A DNA stretch of 64,000 bases from Amphiscolops sp. MND2022 (GCA_964187785.1 OZ076409.1:22074001-22138000); one strand, 5' to 3'. Positions 23,350-38,400 are shown, counted from the first letter of the stretch. The notes: generated from the sequence alone by a model not told the origin. Program-made: numbers and translations.

Positions 23350-24780
23350 TAGGGATTAAAAAAGTTTATATGTCCTGTTCTAATCTCAGGTAAATCGGCG
23401 TCACAAAGGTAGGAAATGGAGGTAACAATGAATGGTGATGGGGTTGTTTTATGTGCTACTCTTGTTGAAAGAGAAAATGAATGAGGTCCTAACGAGTTGA
23501 ATGTGACTTCTACTTAAATTTTAATGTGAGTTGTTGTTCTTGTAATCTTCGTAGTTCTCTTTGTTTTCTTTGAGTTGAGAGTGAACTGTTGTTTATAAAT
23601 CTTGCAGGTAATACCGTGTATCGAGGTTCTTCGTTAAGCGTGCGAACAATTTTTGAGTTAACACGAATAGGATATTCGTGAGGATTTGGCGATGGAGGTC
23701 TTGAGAAATCTTCTGAAAAATATTCAGGTAATTGTATGGAAGAGTTTGATGCTATTGAACTAGGTGAATAAACTCGTGAAAAATTAGCTGCGCTATCTGA
23801 TATAGTTACTGGCCCTTCAGAAAGAAGAGAGGCTGTTTCAAATCCTGATGTGATTTGAAATGGTAGTGATAGAGAAGATGGTATAGTGGGTTGAGATGAG
23901 GAAAGAGAAGAAGTGTCCAATCTGGGTTGGGCGTGCTGTCGAAGTAGTCTTGAGTTTGTACTTGAACTAGTTAAAGATTGTAATTCTTGCGAATTTCTTT
24001 GTTGTTGAGATCGAAGGGTATAATTTTGTCTTGGTACTCTACTACTAGCAGTTGAGTCAGAATCTTTATCTTTATGATATAAATCTGTTAATGAAGAGGT
24101 GGTTGTTGAATGTACACGTTGTAATTCAAGCTTGGGATAAATTTGAGAAAATGTGAATGAACTTAGTTCAGATGGTGAAGGAGTTGGGTGTTGTTGTGTT
24201 TTCTTCGTTGGTGATTTCAATGAAGGTTCTGGTAAAAATGTTATTGGAATATTACTTGATGATGGTAAATCAAGATTTTGTGGTAATGTAGGTAAAGGAG
24301 TTTTTCTTTTTGTTTTCGTTGCGGTTGGTACTTTGTGTGGACAAGAATTTATGTATTGTAGGACTGAGCTAGGATCAGGGATATGAATAGAACGAGTGGT
24401 CGTAATCGGTGGAAGAGGAGGACTATTTAAAATATTTGAAGTATCTTGTGTATTTGGTATTGTAGGTGTTTCATCATTAGAGTCAGAAAGTGGTGAATTT
24501 GTTTCTACAAATGTTAGATTTCGTGAAATAGGTTGTGATTGAGTTGTTAATATTAGTGTTTGAGTTTGGGTTATAGGTGTATTGGTGGGTGTTGTTGGTA
24601 CTCTATCAGGAGTATATGGAGCGGATGGACTGGGATTTGAGGATGAGGAATCCAGTCTGTCTGTATCTGAGTTTAAATATGCTGTATATTCAGGTAATCT
24701 TCGGAGTGAATGTGTTGAACTAGAAGAAGAGTTATTTGTGGTTGATGATGGCGAGTGAATATGTCTATCAGTTTTGAAAT
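23350..24780 (-). pseudogene. Ser/Thr/Pro-rich ORF between pol and env (frameshifted)
   Basis: 236 aa frame 23510..24220 plus similar-composition sequence upstream. Confidence 0.4.
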
Positions 24781-24949
24781 CTTTGTGTTAAGGTAGTTTG
24801 TTTCAATTTATAAAGTATTTATAGTTTCATATCGATTTCTTTCGTTTATTATCACTTGTGAAATTTTTTTCATTCAGTTTCACAGTAAGCTTCAAACTTT
24901 TGCTTTTCTTTCAAATTTTTTTTATGTGCTTTTTTCTGTATTCCGTATT

Positions 24950-27900
24950 TCAGCAGGATTTTTGAGAAAGTGAAATTATATCGTTTTCACCAAGGAAAAG
25001 TCGGTAGTCTTTTCTTGGTTGTGGGCGGAAATTGTATCTATTATAGGAGTGTCTTCGGGGATTAATAAAATTATCATAGTCATGAATATCTGATTGGTTA
25101 TCCAGGTAGGTATTTTGAGGAATTTGTTCTTTTTGTTTATATGGAAATGAAGAATATTGGCTAATTGATTCTGGTTGTAAGTCAATCGTGAATGGTATAT
25201 CCGTTTCTTTATTAGATGTTGTGGAAGGGAATTGTTCTTCGTCTGTAAATTTGTCTTCATCAGAGTTAATTATTTGATCGTTTATATTTGAATGACAGTC
25301 ATTAAATAAATGAGGGTTATATTGTTGTAGGAAAGGAAAAATAACTGGTTCTTTTGGATGATAAGGAATTAAATGATTTCTATGTATGTGCGATGTATAA
25401 CCATCTTGATTAACAATTTCATATGTTATGTCGGAGATTTTGTTAATAACTTTGAAAGGGCCAATTCTGAGAGGTTTTAATTTATCGGAAAAATGAACAT
25501 GGAGAAAATTTCTTTTTAGTACAAATGTACCAATGTCTAAGGGTCTTGGATTGTGATATGTTTTGTTAAAATAAGCATAGGAATTAGTCTTTCTTTTTGT
25601 GTTTTCATATACCGTATGGTATATCTGTATCATAGCAGTTTCAGTAGCTAAGATCCATTGTGGAATTGGTTTAGATAAAATTTTATGAAAGAAAGGGTTT
25701 AGATTTGATTTGTCATAGTGTGTATGAAGTGGTAATTCTTGACAATATTGAGAAGTACAATTTCTATATGTATCTCTTTGGAGATTGAGTTCAAAGTTGA
25801 TTGGAATTCTGGGTATAGTATGAAATACTATTTCATATGGAGATAAGTTTAATTCAGAAAGTGGTTGTGAATTATGTGCATAAGCATACATATGAACTTG
25901 AGTTGACCAATTATCTGGAGTGTTATGTAAGAAAAGTCTGAAATGAGTTCCAAGATTTCTGTTTTGATTTTCAACTAAACCATTTGTCCATGGTGCATAA
26001 GGAGTTCTTGGTGAATGTCTAATTCCCATTGTGGTACAAAGATTTGCAAATTCTGAATTAATGTATTCTGTTCCACGGTCGGTAATTAGATTTACAGGAG
26101 GTCCAAATTTTGTTATCCAGTGATGTAGTAATGAGTTAACAGCGTTTTGAGCATTATTTTGTTTTATAGGTACTGTTACTACAAAGTGACTAAAAGCGTC
26201 TATTATAACATGAATGTATGAATTTTGATTTGATGGTGGGTTTATAGGTCCTTTTGTATCCATTGATATTCGGTAATTAAAATATGAAGCATTTTCTGAG
26301 AAGGTTTGTATAGATGCAGTTTGTAATTTTTGGTTAATATGTTTATTTTGTTGGCATTCAATGCAATCATGGATGAATATTGACATCCATTTATTCAAGT
26401 ACGGTATGAAGTAAAATTGGTTGAAAGCTTTGATGGATATGTTTATTCCTGAATGTCCATGAGCATGAAGTTTGTTAAAAGCTGCGTGGAAAAGTTTAAA
26501 TGGTAGACATATTTTGTCTCTCTGATTCGGGTTGGAATCGTGAAGATTAGGATATTCTATGTGGATAATTTTTGTATCATGGTTAATATATAATTGGTTG
26601 AAGATTTTGTAATATACTAATAAGAAAGAGTTAGCTGCATTTGTTGGGTCTATTTGTAGGGGTCTTTCATTATTAAGTATCCATTGGTAAACCTTTTGTA
26701 AAACAGTATCTTGGTTTTGTTGAGCTTTTATTGTTTCAATGGTTATTTGTGTATCTTCTGGTAGGAAGAAGTAATAAAAATATTTTTTGTATTTGAAAAA
26801 GGATGAATCAAAAAAAGGAACTTGTTGTTTACAATAGTCGGATTTGGTAGGATTTTGTATAGCAAGGGTGTGTTCTTTTACTATGTCTGAGTTTTGTTGT
26901 TGGATAAAATTTGATTGTGTTATTTCATCTTCATCACTAAGAATGTCAGTATCATTAAGAATTGTCGATTGTTGTAAAAGAGATTTTGCTTGGTTTTTTG
27001 TAGGCTTTTTATATTTTGATTCGAATGGAACAATAGATTGAAAAGAGAAGGAATCTAAAGGCTTGATGTGTATTTCTTCTCCTTTGTTATTTATACGGAT
27101 AGAGAATTGGTCGTCTCCGTAGTCAGCAAGGTTAGGATGACAATCATTCTTTTGATTATATTTTATTTCTTCATGTTTTACTAAATAATGTACTGGTTTG
27201 AGTTGATTATCTTTCATGATAGAGAAATCTATTTGAGGTGGTAATTGTTTGTGTCGTAATTGGTGTACTTGTAACTGTTCTTTTGTAAAGGTTCGTGAAA
27301 GCATATCTGCTACAGTTAAATTTTTTCCAGGGGTATGAATGATTTTTAGTTTGGAGAATTTGGTTAGTTGCATTTGTGCTCTATAGAATCTAGGACTAAG
27401 ATTTCTTTCCTTTGCGAAACAATGTAGTAAAGGCTTGTGATCTGTGAAGAGGTATATAGGATGAGGAGATCCAATGATCAAAAATTCATATATTTGCAGT
27501 GCGTAAACTATTGCAAGAAGTTCTCTATCTAAAGTTGAAAGTTTTTGTTCTTGTGTGTTAAGAATTCTGGAGTTATAAGAGATTACTTTCATCTTATTTT
27601 CTTCGTTCATTTGGAATAAGACTGCGCCTAAACCTACTAACGAAGCATCTACTGTTATGAAAAATGGATGCGTGGTGTTGGGTATTGTTAATTCAGTGTT
27701 TGCTGTCATTGTATTTTTAACATTTTGAAATATTTTTTCTAATTCAGGTGTCCATTGAAATTTAACATCATCATGTAGTAATGTATACAATGGTTTAAGG
27801 TTTATATGAAGTTTTTCAATGAGTTTTGAATAAAAATTAACACTGCCAAGAAATTGCATAACATCTTTCTTTTCTTTTGGTGATTGGATTCTTTTAATAG

Positions 27901-29880
27901 CTTCAATTTTGGATGGAATTGGTTTAATTGTGTTGTTACCAATTTCAAGTCCAAGGAATTTTACTTTGAGTAACATGTAGAACGATTTTTCAGGTGCAAG
28001 TTTGAGGTTTTCTCGAGATGCTATTGTATGTAATTCTTTTATGAGTTCAAACTTTTCTTGTTTTTCGTTTGCAAGTAATAAAATATCATCGATATAAACT
28101 AACGCAGAACGTTTGTCTATAAGCGATCTAAAGAAAGTTGACATTTGTTTTGTAAAAAAGTTTGGAAGTCCTTTTAATCCATAAAATCCACGGATAAAGG
28201 CGTATAATTTGTCACCGGATGAAAATCCTGTAAGTTTAATTGTTTCTTCGTCTTATGGTGTATGAGCATATGCATACATTAGATAAATAGTTGATTTGTA
28301 TTTTTATTGGCTCTAGCTAATTGAGGAGCTAAAGGTTCAATAGGCCAAGATTCAAGTTCTTGGTTAGTGTTTGAGTTTAGATGTCTTGCGTCTAAAACAA
28401 CTTTTATTGCGTCTCCTTTTGGGATAATAATTAAAGGGTTTAAAAATGTTGTTCCAATAGTATGTTTTTAATCTGTTGTTGAACCAATTTGTTTTATGAT
28501 GTTGTATTTTTCAAGTTCTAATAAAAGTTTATTTAGTCTATCTCTATAATGAATAGGTACTTTAGAAGGTCTTTGTGTGTGAAGTTTACAATTATCTTTT
28601 ATTCTAATTCGAAAGGGAGAAGAAATCTTTCCTACGTCGTTCTTATTTTTGCCGTAACAATTTTGGTTATTAATCAGAATATTGCAGAGGTTTACATATT
28701 CTGTATCCGTTAAATCTGAGTATTCAAAGTTGAACTTCTTTATGAATTGTTGATTTTCTGTAGAATAGGGTAATGGAGGGAAATCTTTTCGAATTTTATC
28801 TGAAGGTCGAAGATTTCCAGTAACAGAAGGTATAGGAAGTTGAAATGTTTTGTCGTTAATTTCTATCTTATTAATTTCTAATAGGGATTGTGGTGTTACC
28901 CTAGTACATAAGTTCATATCTACATAAGGATTTTGTTTAATCGGAGTTGTGGTATCAGGGTGATACGCATGTATTACAGAGTGAATAAGTGAATTTACAT
29001 CGTTAACTCTGAAGTGAGGAGGAGTTGTTTGAGTAATAGGTATTTCTATATATCCAATAACTCCTCGTGGTAATGTAGCTGGGTAAGATGTAAAGTTTTG
29101 AATTATGGTTGCACATGAGTCTTTGCTGTTTTCATTGACTATCATATCTAAGAAATGAAAGATTATTTTGAATTTTTGTAAGAAATATGTATATGGGTTT
29201 GTTGGATAGAATTTTGTATTATCTTCAAGTTCAAAATGTAGATTTGAATAGTTTTTAATTGGGAAATGTATGGTTTTTCCTGACCTTGGTTTAAAGTGAA
29301 TTGGTTCCCTACATTTAATAGTATAAATGTAAGAAATATATGGGTAATCTTTTTCTGTAAATGTGGAAAATGTTGTTTTTTATGGAAGCTTTGGATGTTG
29401 TTCTGTGTACGTCATAATGTTTTGTTGAAAATCAATATTTTGGATGTGTTTTTTGAAAAAGGGTGTTCCAAGAATGTTGTATTTGATAATTGCTACGGCA
29501 AAATCGATATTGAAGGATCGTGTTTTGTGATTTACTTCAGTGAAACAGGTCATCGAAATATAATGTATTATTGGTACTTCAGTTTGGTTTGCAACTGTAA
29601 GAGTTTGGCTCTTTTGTTTTGGAGGTTAGTTGGAACATTGATGTTTAATTGTTTGGAAATTACATGAAATGTTGGTAAATTCAAAACAGATATGGATGCT
29701 CCAGTATCTAAGAGGAATAAGATTTCTAATTTTGAAGGTAATATGTTATCATTTGTTTCAGAAGCGTGAATATATAGTGGATAAAACCAACTATAAGGAT
29801 TGATTGTTTTAGCTATTTCAGTTATTTGACAGGTGTGGATTTCAAATTTTGTACTATCATTTTCTTTTGCAGATTTAACG
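24950..29880 (-). pseudogene. pol: pol of element B (PR, RT, RNase H, IN) with stops/frameshifts
   Basis: LFLLDTGAS at ~29691-29721; RT VYIDD; RNase H TVDAS, DRELLA, TDHKPL; integrase HAHGH...CIEC, DTKGP, TDRG, NGLVE, GPF. Confidence 0.95.
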
Positions 29881-29890
29881 TCTACTTGAT

Positions 29891-32800
29891 TTATTCTGTT
29901 TTGTTGTCTGTTTCTTGAGGGTGTTCTAGATCTTGATCTAAAATCTCTAGGTTTTGATGGAGATCTATATGAATAATTATATCGTTTGAAGGAGTTTCCT
30001 TGTGATTGAGAACGAGATCTGTATCTTGAGCGAGAATTATATCTGTAATTTGATTTATTTCTGTATGGAGATCTATATGGAGATCTAGATGGAGTTTTTC
30101 TTTGATAATAATTATCAAATCGAGATCTATACGGACTTCGGGATCAATTATAATATCTTTGTCGAGAGTTTGATCTATAGTTGTTTTGCGAATATTCTCT
30201 ACTATTGCTACGATATCTATCATTGTTTCTGTATCTATCATTATAGTAATTTTGATTATATTTACTACGATCATTATCTGAGGAGTAAGGATTAGTATTG
30301 TCTTTTCGATTTTCTTGAGGATTATTAGGTTTACTGCGAAAACATTGTACAAAGGATTGTTGAGGAGTTCGTGATCTTTGGTTATTGTATTTCTGGTATT
30401 CGTCATCACGTTGTTTTTGATAACAATTTGAAATACTATGATTATTTTTGTGACAATAGGAACAATATTTTCTATACGCTGGTTTGCTTTTGTTATTTGG
30501 GTCTCCAGTTTGAGTAACCATTATCTGATCTTCACGTTCAAATTCTATTTTGTTAGTATCATCTTCAAGCGATACTTTGTTTATTTCTAGGGCTCAATCG
30601 TTAGTTCTAATTTTTTCATTAGCAATATCTTCAGAATCGACATGTCTAACAAGTGTATGAAATGGTATTGAAGGTTCAAGTAATGTTGATACATGTTTAA
30701 CTTGTCGTTTATGGGCAAAATCTTTTAACTTTTTTGGTAACCCTTTTGTAAAGATTTCATTATTTTTGAGATTTATGGTAGCTGCATTTTCATTACACCA
30801 TCCCTTTTTAACTAATTGTTGTACTCTAAGGGCGAAGTGGCGGACTGTTTCATTATCCTTTTTCATGAGTGACATAGCTTCTACTTGAGCGTAGTAAGCA
30901 GTTTGTTGATGAGATGAGAATTGTTTTTTGAATAATTGTACAAAAGAATTCCATTGTTGTTTATATGATATATGGAGGTTAGTGTACCAATCGAGCGCTG
31001 TTCCAGTTAATGAACATTGTATGTAAGCCATGCGTCTGTTATGCCAAGATTTGTATTTTATAGGATTATTTTGAAGTTCTTCACCTATGGCGAAGGTTAA
31101 TCTTGCTTCGACTTGTTGTAGATATTCTTCGGGGGTGTAAGAATGGTCCAAACCATCAAAAGGTTTCATAGGTTCTGGTATTGAAGCGGACATGTTTATA
31201 AAGGTATCTTGTGGCATTGGTAAATATTGGGGTGGAGGAGCTAATTGTTGTGTGAGTGGTGGAGGTATATGTTGGATTGTATTTGGTGGTAATGGGTTAG
31301 GATTAGGGTTAGGATTTGGATTTGGATGCGTTTGTTACAGAGGATCAGTTGGTATATGTGTAAGTGGAGGATTATGAAGTCTTCTTTGAGAATCCTGTGT
31401 AATATTAGGATAAGAAGTGGAAGTATACGAGGTTCCTTGATTTTGAGAATATATATTCTGGGAAGTATTGGTATTTGATAATTGTATGAAGGGGTTTTGT
31501 GTTGTTGAAAGTGTATTAATTTGAGAGTGATGTTGGTTGGTATTTGTATTGTTAGTTGTATTTGATGGAGGATAAAAGTAATAATTAAATGGATCATAAT
31601 ATCGGTTGGAAGTTTGGGGATTATCATTAAAATTGTTGTTGGAAGAGGTTGATCTGTTTGAGCGAAAGGCGGAGGGAATTGATGGAGGATCAAATCTAGA
31701 TCGAGTGATGTATCTTGTATAATCAGGATTAGTTCTTGTTGGAGATGCAACATTAACAGAAGTATTCTGAGCACTAGATGTAGTCAGAATATCATCCTGT
31801 AATGTATCATGGGTTTCATCGTGTATGTCATCTGTATGTGGAAGGTTAAAAGTTATATCACGGTTTGGAGATGTAGCTAAGTGAGATTGAGGACTATGTG
31901 TAATTTGTCTTTGGTTTACAACTCTAGTGGGAACTCTAAAGGATTGAGTATGTACTGATGTTGATGTCCCTGTTTGTGATGGATTATGTGTTGAAATTGT
32001 AGATTCTTGGGTAGTAAACTCATTATCGTTATAGTTTTCAGGTTGATTTTGTTGTTGGGTTGTATTTTCCTGATCGGTGTTATCATCTTCAGTAGAATTG
32101 TTAGTGTTAAAATGTAAATTTTATTGATCTTGAGAATTTTGTTCATAGTGGTAAGGTCTATTGTCTGCGAATAGATCATTTTCTGTAATTAATAGAGGAT
32201 CGAAACGTATGTAATCTAAGGTTTGTTTTGTAATTGATTGTGGTTTATGAAAGTAAGGATGTTCATTTTGTTCACTGATGATGAATGGTAAACATTCCTC
32301 TAATGTAAAATGATCTGGAAATGCTGTAAAAGCAGGTTGATCTTGTTGTGACCATAATAGTTGATAATTAAATCTGAAGTATTTTCTGAGAAATAAAGAT
32401 ATTACTTTGATCTGAGGAATTGTTTGGTCATTTAATGTTAAGTCTTTGAAGTAATGGTAGATGAAATTTTGAATTCGTAATATATCAGCTTGTAACCAAT
32501 GATGGGGGTTGTCTTCAGGATTAACTAATCTTTAAATAATTTCTACGTCGAAATTGTCTATGTATCGTTGAAGATCGTCGAGTGCATTTGGACTAATTTT
32601 TGGAATTTCCTGTGCTAAGTTGTGGTCTTTTACATTGTTTAGAAAAGCTTGAAAAACTTGTTTAATAGGAACTTGAAGGTTTATTGGGTTTATTGTTCTT
32701 CTGTATATATGAGATGAATTAAGTTTTTGATGAAGAAAGGATATTTGAAAAGTTGGGTGTTCTTCGGTGATTGTTAAAACTTTGTATCTAATATAGAAAA

Positions 32801-32987
32801 CGTATGTGTCCAAATGTTCTCTAATAACAGGGATTGTTTCAATTGTGTGTGGTTCATTTTCAAATGGGAGTGGTTGTGTATAATGTGAAATAATGTTTTG
32901 TAGGAATGGGTTTAATTCTAATTTTACAACTTTTGCATTTTTAATGATGGGGGTTTGAAAAGGTAAATAGGTTGTTGTTAAGGACAT
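29891..32987 (-). pseudogene. gag: Long gag region of element B, fragmented
   Basis: Capsid-like 30594..31217 (PFDG...LTGTALDWY...LF...F); CCHC knuckle CSYCHKNNHSISNC; Arg/Ser/Tyr-rich tail; Pro/Gln-rich upstream fragments. Confidence 0.85.
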
Positions 32988-34287
32988 TTTTCTAAAGTTT
33001 GTCTCTTATCACCGTAAGTATTTTTGCAAGAAGAACACAAACTATAAATAAGTCACAAAACGTGTATGTTGTAATGAGTACTACTGTGGTAACCTTTTCC
33101 CACATGTTATAATGTGAAGGTGAGAACGTTGCAATTGATTTTATATATATTTTCTAAGTTGGAGCTCTTGGGTAATGTCGTTGTTGATTTATGATAAAGA
33201 AAAAATATTGTTGATATCGTTCAATTAATCTTTCAAAATCGTTTGCTGTAGGGTTTTGAAGGGAGCTAATTGGCGGAATGTAAAAGTTGAAAGGATAAAT
33301 TGCTTGGTTGTATATGTTAGGGTTCATATAATTTGTATTATAATTCGATGTTGTTTGAAAAGTTAATAGTTGTGGATAGAGAAAAGAAGCGGATGCAGTA
33401 GGATCTGTATTCAACCTCAAAGGATTGCTAACAGAAACTAAAAGTTATTTTAAGTCTGGATCACTTTAAGGTGTCTAACATAAGGTTACTGACACGTCCA
33501 GAAAAACTAAGATTGTTTTAATTTTAAGTGGGTTGTGTGTTTTAAGACTAAGGGAGTGGAACTCTGAACAATCAACGTCCACTATCCAAAGTCAGATCAA
33601 TACTGATCAAGATCAAAGTTTGATCTTTGTTTCTTTTACTTTTACTTTTACTTTCTGAGAATTTTGAAGATTCGAACGTAGTTCGGTGTCCTCTCGATTC
33701 TCCTTAAAGACGTTTACACTTAACTAAGGTTTTTAGTCAGTCTTAGAATCAGAGTAAGCTGGTGAGGCTGTCTGATTGGCTAAGTCTTACGGGAGGGGAT
33801 AGGAATTGTGGGTGCCTGAAAGTAGAAAACTAACTTTACTGTGTTTGTGTTATTTACATGCCTTATTTTAAGTTTTAAAGCAAAAGAGTTGTGAGAATTG
33901 TATGTGGTATTTTGTTAAAATAATTGTTTTGTAGGATTATGTTAAAATTATTACCATTGAAAGTACTAGAGATAAGGTTGAGTGTACTTTGTGTTGTTGT
34001 TTTTGTTGGTTATTGAAAAATTTTTTGAAGTTACTTGTATTATTTAAGTTTTGTGAATTTATTTGTATTGTTTGTCGACAAATGGAATAGTGCGGAATAA
34101 ATGGAAAAGAAATGGAATAGTGCGTGGTTGTTTTTTGTAGTTAGTCTTGGTTGCCTTTTTTTGTTTTCAGAGTCTATTTCTGAAATTTTTTTGTAGGAAA
34201 TTTTGTAGAAAGGGGATCCGAAACGTAAAAGTAGAAAATCCAGGTTTTCTGCCAACACGAAGTTGATCTTGAGACGTATGTGCTTAT

Positions 34288-34786
34288 AGGTGAGCGGAGC
34301 TGGACATACACTCAGTCAACTATTACACCAGGAGTCCACCTGACGTTCAAGATAGCAGGATTGAAGAAAGTTGCTGTGTCAAAGGTGTTAGAAAACCTTG
34401 ATAAACCAGACAAATGTTGCTGTGTCAAAGGTGTTAGAAAACCTACACCAGGTGAGCGGAGCTGGACATGCACTCAGTCAACTATTACACCAGGAGTCCA
34501 CCTGACGTTCAAGATAGCAGGATTGAAGAAAGTTGCTGTGTCAAAGGTGTTAGAAAACCTTGATAAACCAGACAAATGTTGCTGTGTCAAAGGTGTTAGA
34601 AAACCTACACCAGGTGAGCGGAGCTGGACATGCGCTCAGTCAACTATTACACCAGGAGTCCACCTGACGTTCAAGATAGCAGGATTGAAGAAAGTTGCTG
34701 TGTCAAAGGTGTTAGAAAACCTTGATAAACCAGACAAATGTTGCTGTGTCAAAGGTGTTAGAAAACCTTGATAAACCAGACAAACA
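34288..34786. repeat. 3 x 162 bp tandem repeat in the 5' leader of element B
   Basis: AGGTGAGCGGAGCTGG at 34288, 34450 and 34612. Confidence 0.97.
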
Positions 34787-35195
34787 TCAAAGAACTGTTT
34801 CAACAAGCTTCCGGATTAGCTGTGATAAATCAGTATAGAGAACAGAACTGTGTCACTTTGGATAAATCAGTCCGAAATGAAACCGTTTCAACGTCAAAAC
34901 GTGATAAACCGGTATGGCTAAAAGAACAGGAGGAAGAACCGTGTCAACGTGTTAGAAAACGTGATAAACCGGTAGTGAAGAAAATTTGTTATATTTAAGT
35001 TGATTGTTGTAGTGGAGAAATTGTGTTTCGAACGATGATGTATTTATTGATGAAATTTAGAAAGTCACAGACCAAACTTTCAAGAAATTCTAGAAAGATT
35101 TCACTGCAATTCCAGAGAATTTCAAATATGGAGAGTGGTATTTGTGTGATTGTTGAGAGAAGAGAAATCATCCAGGAGAAAAGGCAAAAATTTTA

Positions 35196-35207
35196 CAAGT
35201 CGCACCA
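35196..35207 (-). other. Primer-binding site of element B (TGGTGCGACTTG)
   Basis: TGG starts 3 nt inside the 5' LTR boundary; cognate tRNA not identified. Confidence 0.8.
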
Positions 35208-35210
35208 AAT

Positions 35211-35479
35211 TGTGCTGCTTTTAATGGTTGGTTAGTTCTGTGGATGGTCTTATACACAACTACTAAAAGCGGCTGAGAGACAGGCTAGCTAGCTTACTTT
35301 ATTACAACTAGTTCGAGGTGTTAGAAGTAGAACAAAAAGGAAGTCAACTGAATACTGATTATTAGTTTTCTCTCTCTGAGGGAGTAGAGATTTACAATCA
35401 TTCAATAACAAATAAAGGTCCATTCTAGAACATTCTATAAACATCTAAATACTATTGGTTATTAATGTAGGTCAGTAAA
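35211..35479 (-). repeat. 5' LTR of element B
   Basis: Direct repeat of 16723..16991; terminal GTACA altered to GTAAA. Confidence 0.97.
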
Positions 35480-38400
35480 ATAGTCACCAAGCCCGAAGAT
35501 CGATTGAACTTACACAACGGCGAAGAGTTATTCTTACCTACAGGTGAGAATAAACATCAAGACATAACAGCGTAAAACCAAATCATTAGTCTTTTGAACT
35601 GCCAATGTAAACAGCCGAAAGTAGATACGGAGAGTATTGTTCAACATCAATTCCTGGATGTAATGCACTTAATAAAATGGAATTTAGGATGCAACTGTCT
35701 GGTCCTACAAGAGCAGTTCCCGAAAACAAGGTAGCCCACCGGTAGTGGGAACGTTACAAAATGACACACCGTATCCGATTGTTTTGCTTCATATCGTCCA
35801 AAAAACTGACAGATCTATACAAGATCGAACTAAATAGTTCCATTTTTATTTGTATACGTGTTGATGGTCTATGTACTTTCGATTAGATTACCATTGATCA
35901 TTTGATATCCATTTGATGTAGCTGCTTAGTAGGTACAAAATGGATCATTCCAAACCAGCCTATCAGAAACCGAATGAAATTAGAACAAATTGAATTTTGT
36001 CTGAGTGGTGTGACAGACACTAGTGAAAAAGTCTTAGAAAGAATTAAAAACTCTAGAAAAAACTTAGAATAGAATCAGAGATAATTTGAATTAATTTTCC
36101 AAAAGAAAACAAGCCGGGAATTGCCCAAGTCGGCGCCCTGCTCAAGGTTCAAAAGAGTAAAATTTCTTACTTACTCGAGTGACACTTTTGACACTTATCA
36201 AAATTACAGGGTCGAAAAATTCCAGAACGGATACGCATAAGACACGAACACCGCCTTTCCCAAGCTTGAAACATGAAACTAAATATATATTTCTTGAAAC
36301 GATTCTCGTGTCTCGTGATTTTTCCGATCTTTTTTTCGGGCAAATGTCTCTTAGCGCCGAAAAAGAAAATTCACGCTCGACAAACATTTTTTTCAGGCCA
36401 AAACATTTTCAACGTGAAGGGGTTGACAAGTGAGACTTGTATTGAAAAAACGTTGCACAGTGCAAAAAAACCGTCTCCAAAATCATTGTGAAAAAATATC
36501 AGTTCCACAGAATCAAAACAAAGCTCCCAAAAAATCTCACTGTGACAAAAAACCGCAAATAGCGGACTCTTCAGGCTTTTTAATCATCAATAGGGAGCAA
36601 AAAATTAAACCAACCAAAGAGGTGCCTTTTTAGCGACATAAAAAAAAACTTCGGGGAAAAAGTCTCAGCATTCCAAAAAAAACAATAAACCAAACCTTCC
36701 ATGTTGCCTAGTAACTGAAAAGCCTTCAAGAACTATGGTACTCAAAGGTGGCACTCTTTAGAAGTACCACAGATTGCCTGCTAGTAAGGTAGGAAGTCCT
36801 AGAGAAATTCTATGAAAAGGGGATCTTTCAGTGTGAGGTATATGGTCTAGAGAAAAAGGTCCCTTCAAAAAAGCACCGACTAAAAAATGAGCTTTCACGC
36901 TTTGCATATCACAGTAGTTTTCTACCACGTACCGCGCATACGGAAAGAAGAATCTCAAAAAAATGTAAGATAGCACAGTTAGTTAGCTTTCACCAAATTT
37001 TTAACCTAATGAAGCCACGGATTGTGTGCTGCTTTTGGATGTTCATTTTGAAAGATTTTCCAAAAACAAAGGAACTGAAAATTAGATAACGAAAAGAGGT
37101 TTTAGTTACAAGATTTTTACCGGGGTTTTTATTCAGCACTTTTTGTCAAACAAAAATTACCGGGCTCTTATAGTAACTTTTTTTACAGAATTGAAAGGTC
37201 CACTCTTTACAGAATTGAATTTTTCGAGGTCTTCAACTTACTTCAATCTCGTCTTCAATTTCGGTTGCTTCCAAAGGGTAACAGCATGCTTTTTGAAGCT
37301 TTTGTTGTTACTGGACAACTCATTGTTTGGTTTTACTGGTGTTTGCGGCATTTTGAACTTGTTTTGAACTTTTTTGTTGTCGCCAAAAGATCCCCTCTTT
37401 GATTATTTGGATCTTGTGCAACCAAGTGGGTGATAAAAAGCCCAAAAGTCCTCCCTTTTGAGTTTTTCAGCGCTTTGGGACTTTTTTCGGAAAGCTTTCA
37501 TTTACGATTGCACAGATAGGGGAAAGACCAAAAGGTAATATGAATTTCTTCTAATATTTTGGATACAACGGAGTTGCCCTCAGGCAATGTTTTAGCGAAA
37601 ACAAAACGATTTGCGAGAAAAGAAGTCTCCGTAGGTTTTTCGTTACTATGCGACTTATTGAAAACATTTTTTGAAAAAAAAACTCTAAACTGAAAACACT
37701 TTGTCACTCAATTGTCGGTTTTTTCGACGTTTTCTGATAAGGAAAACTGTTTTCCAAGTCTTAAGGGTGACATCTACGGAGATTTTTTGGACCGATGAGA
37801 CTGATAAGAGATTTCTCAATCCTATTTTGGTACTGAAGGACTTTGTTTGAAAAAATATTGAATCACTCATGGTGTCACAGCCCGCTCCCGGTCTGCTATA
37901 TGGCTGTCAACGGCTGAGGATAGGAAGAGGACAAGGGTGTAACCTCAGATTTCCAAGGTCGTATTACACTTCAAAGCCACAAAACGAAGGAGAAGTTATC
38001 GCAAAGAACCCGACACTGCCTATCCGGTGTTGAATAAAAGTACATTCCGAGGATACCTCGGGATATACTGAAAGGTAACCTGAAACCCATTTCAAAACTA
38101 AACCTACCCGAGAAACCCAATCGGGGTCGAAAAATGAGGCAGTGGAAACAAACGAGCAAAACAAAAACAATTTTCAAAACGCCAACACTGTCTGAAAGCG
38201 GAATGGGTACAATCCAATAGTCGCCAAGCCCGAAGATCGATTGAACTTACACAACGGCGAAGAGTTATTCTTACCTACAGTTGAGAATAAACATCAAGAC
38301 ATAACAGCGTAAAACCAAATCATTAGTCTTTTGAACTGGCAATGTAAACAGGCGAAAGTAGATCCGGATAGTATTGTTCAACGTCAGTTCCTGGATGTAA

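Larger units (their letters stand above)
16723..35479 (-). mobile_element. Full-length env-bearing Gypsy element B (endogenous retrovirus-like), 18.76 kb
   Basis: Two 269 bp LTRs; TSD ATAG (or AATAG); empty site CAATAGTCGCC visible at ~38215 and ~40861; PBS, PPT and gag-pol-env order. Confidence 0.96.

Noticed and set aside
34280..34771. 163 aa ORF of three 54 aa repeats
   Set aside because: By-product of a 162 bp tandem repeat, antisense to the element; no coding evidence.
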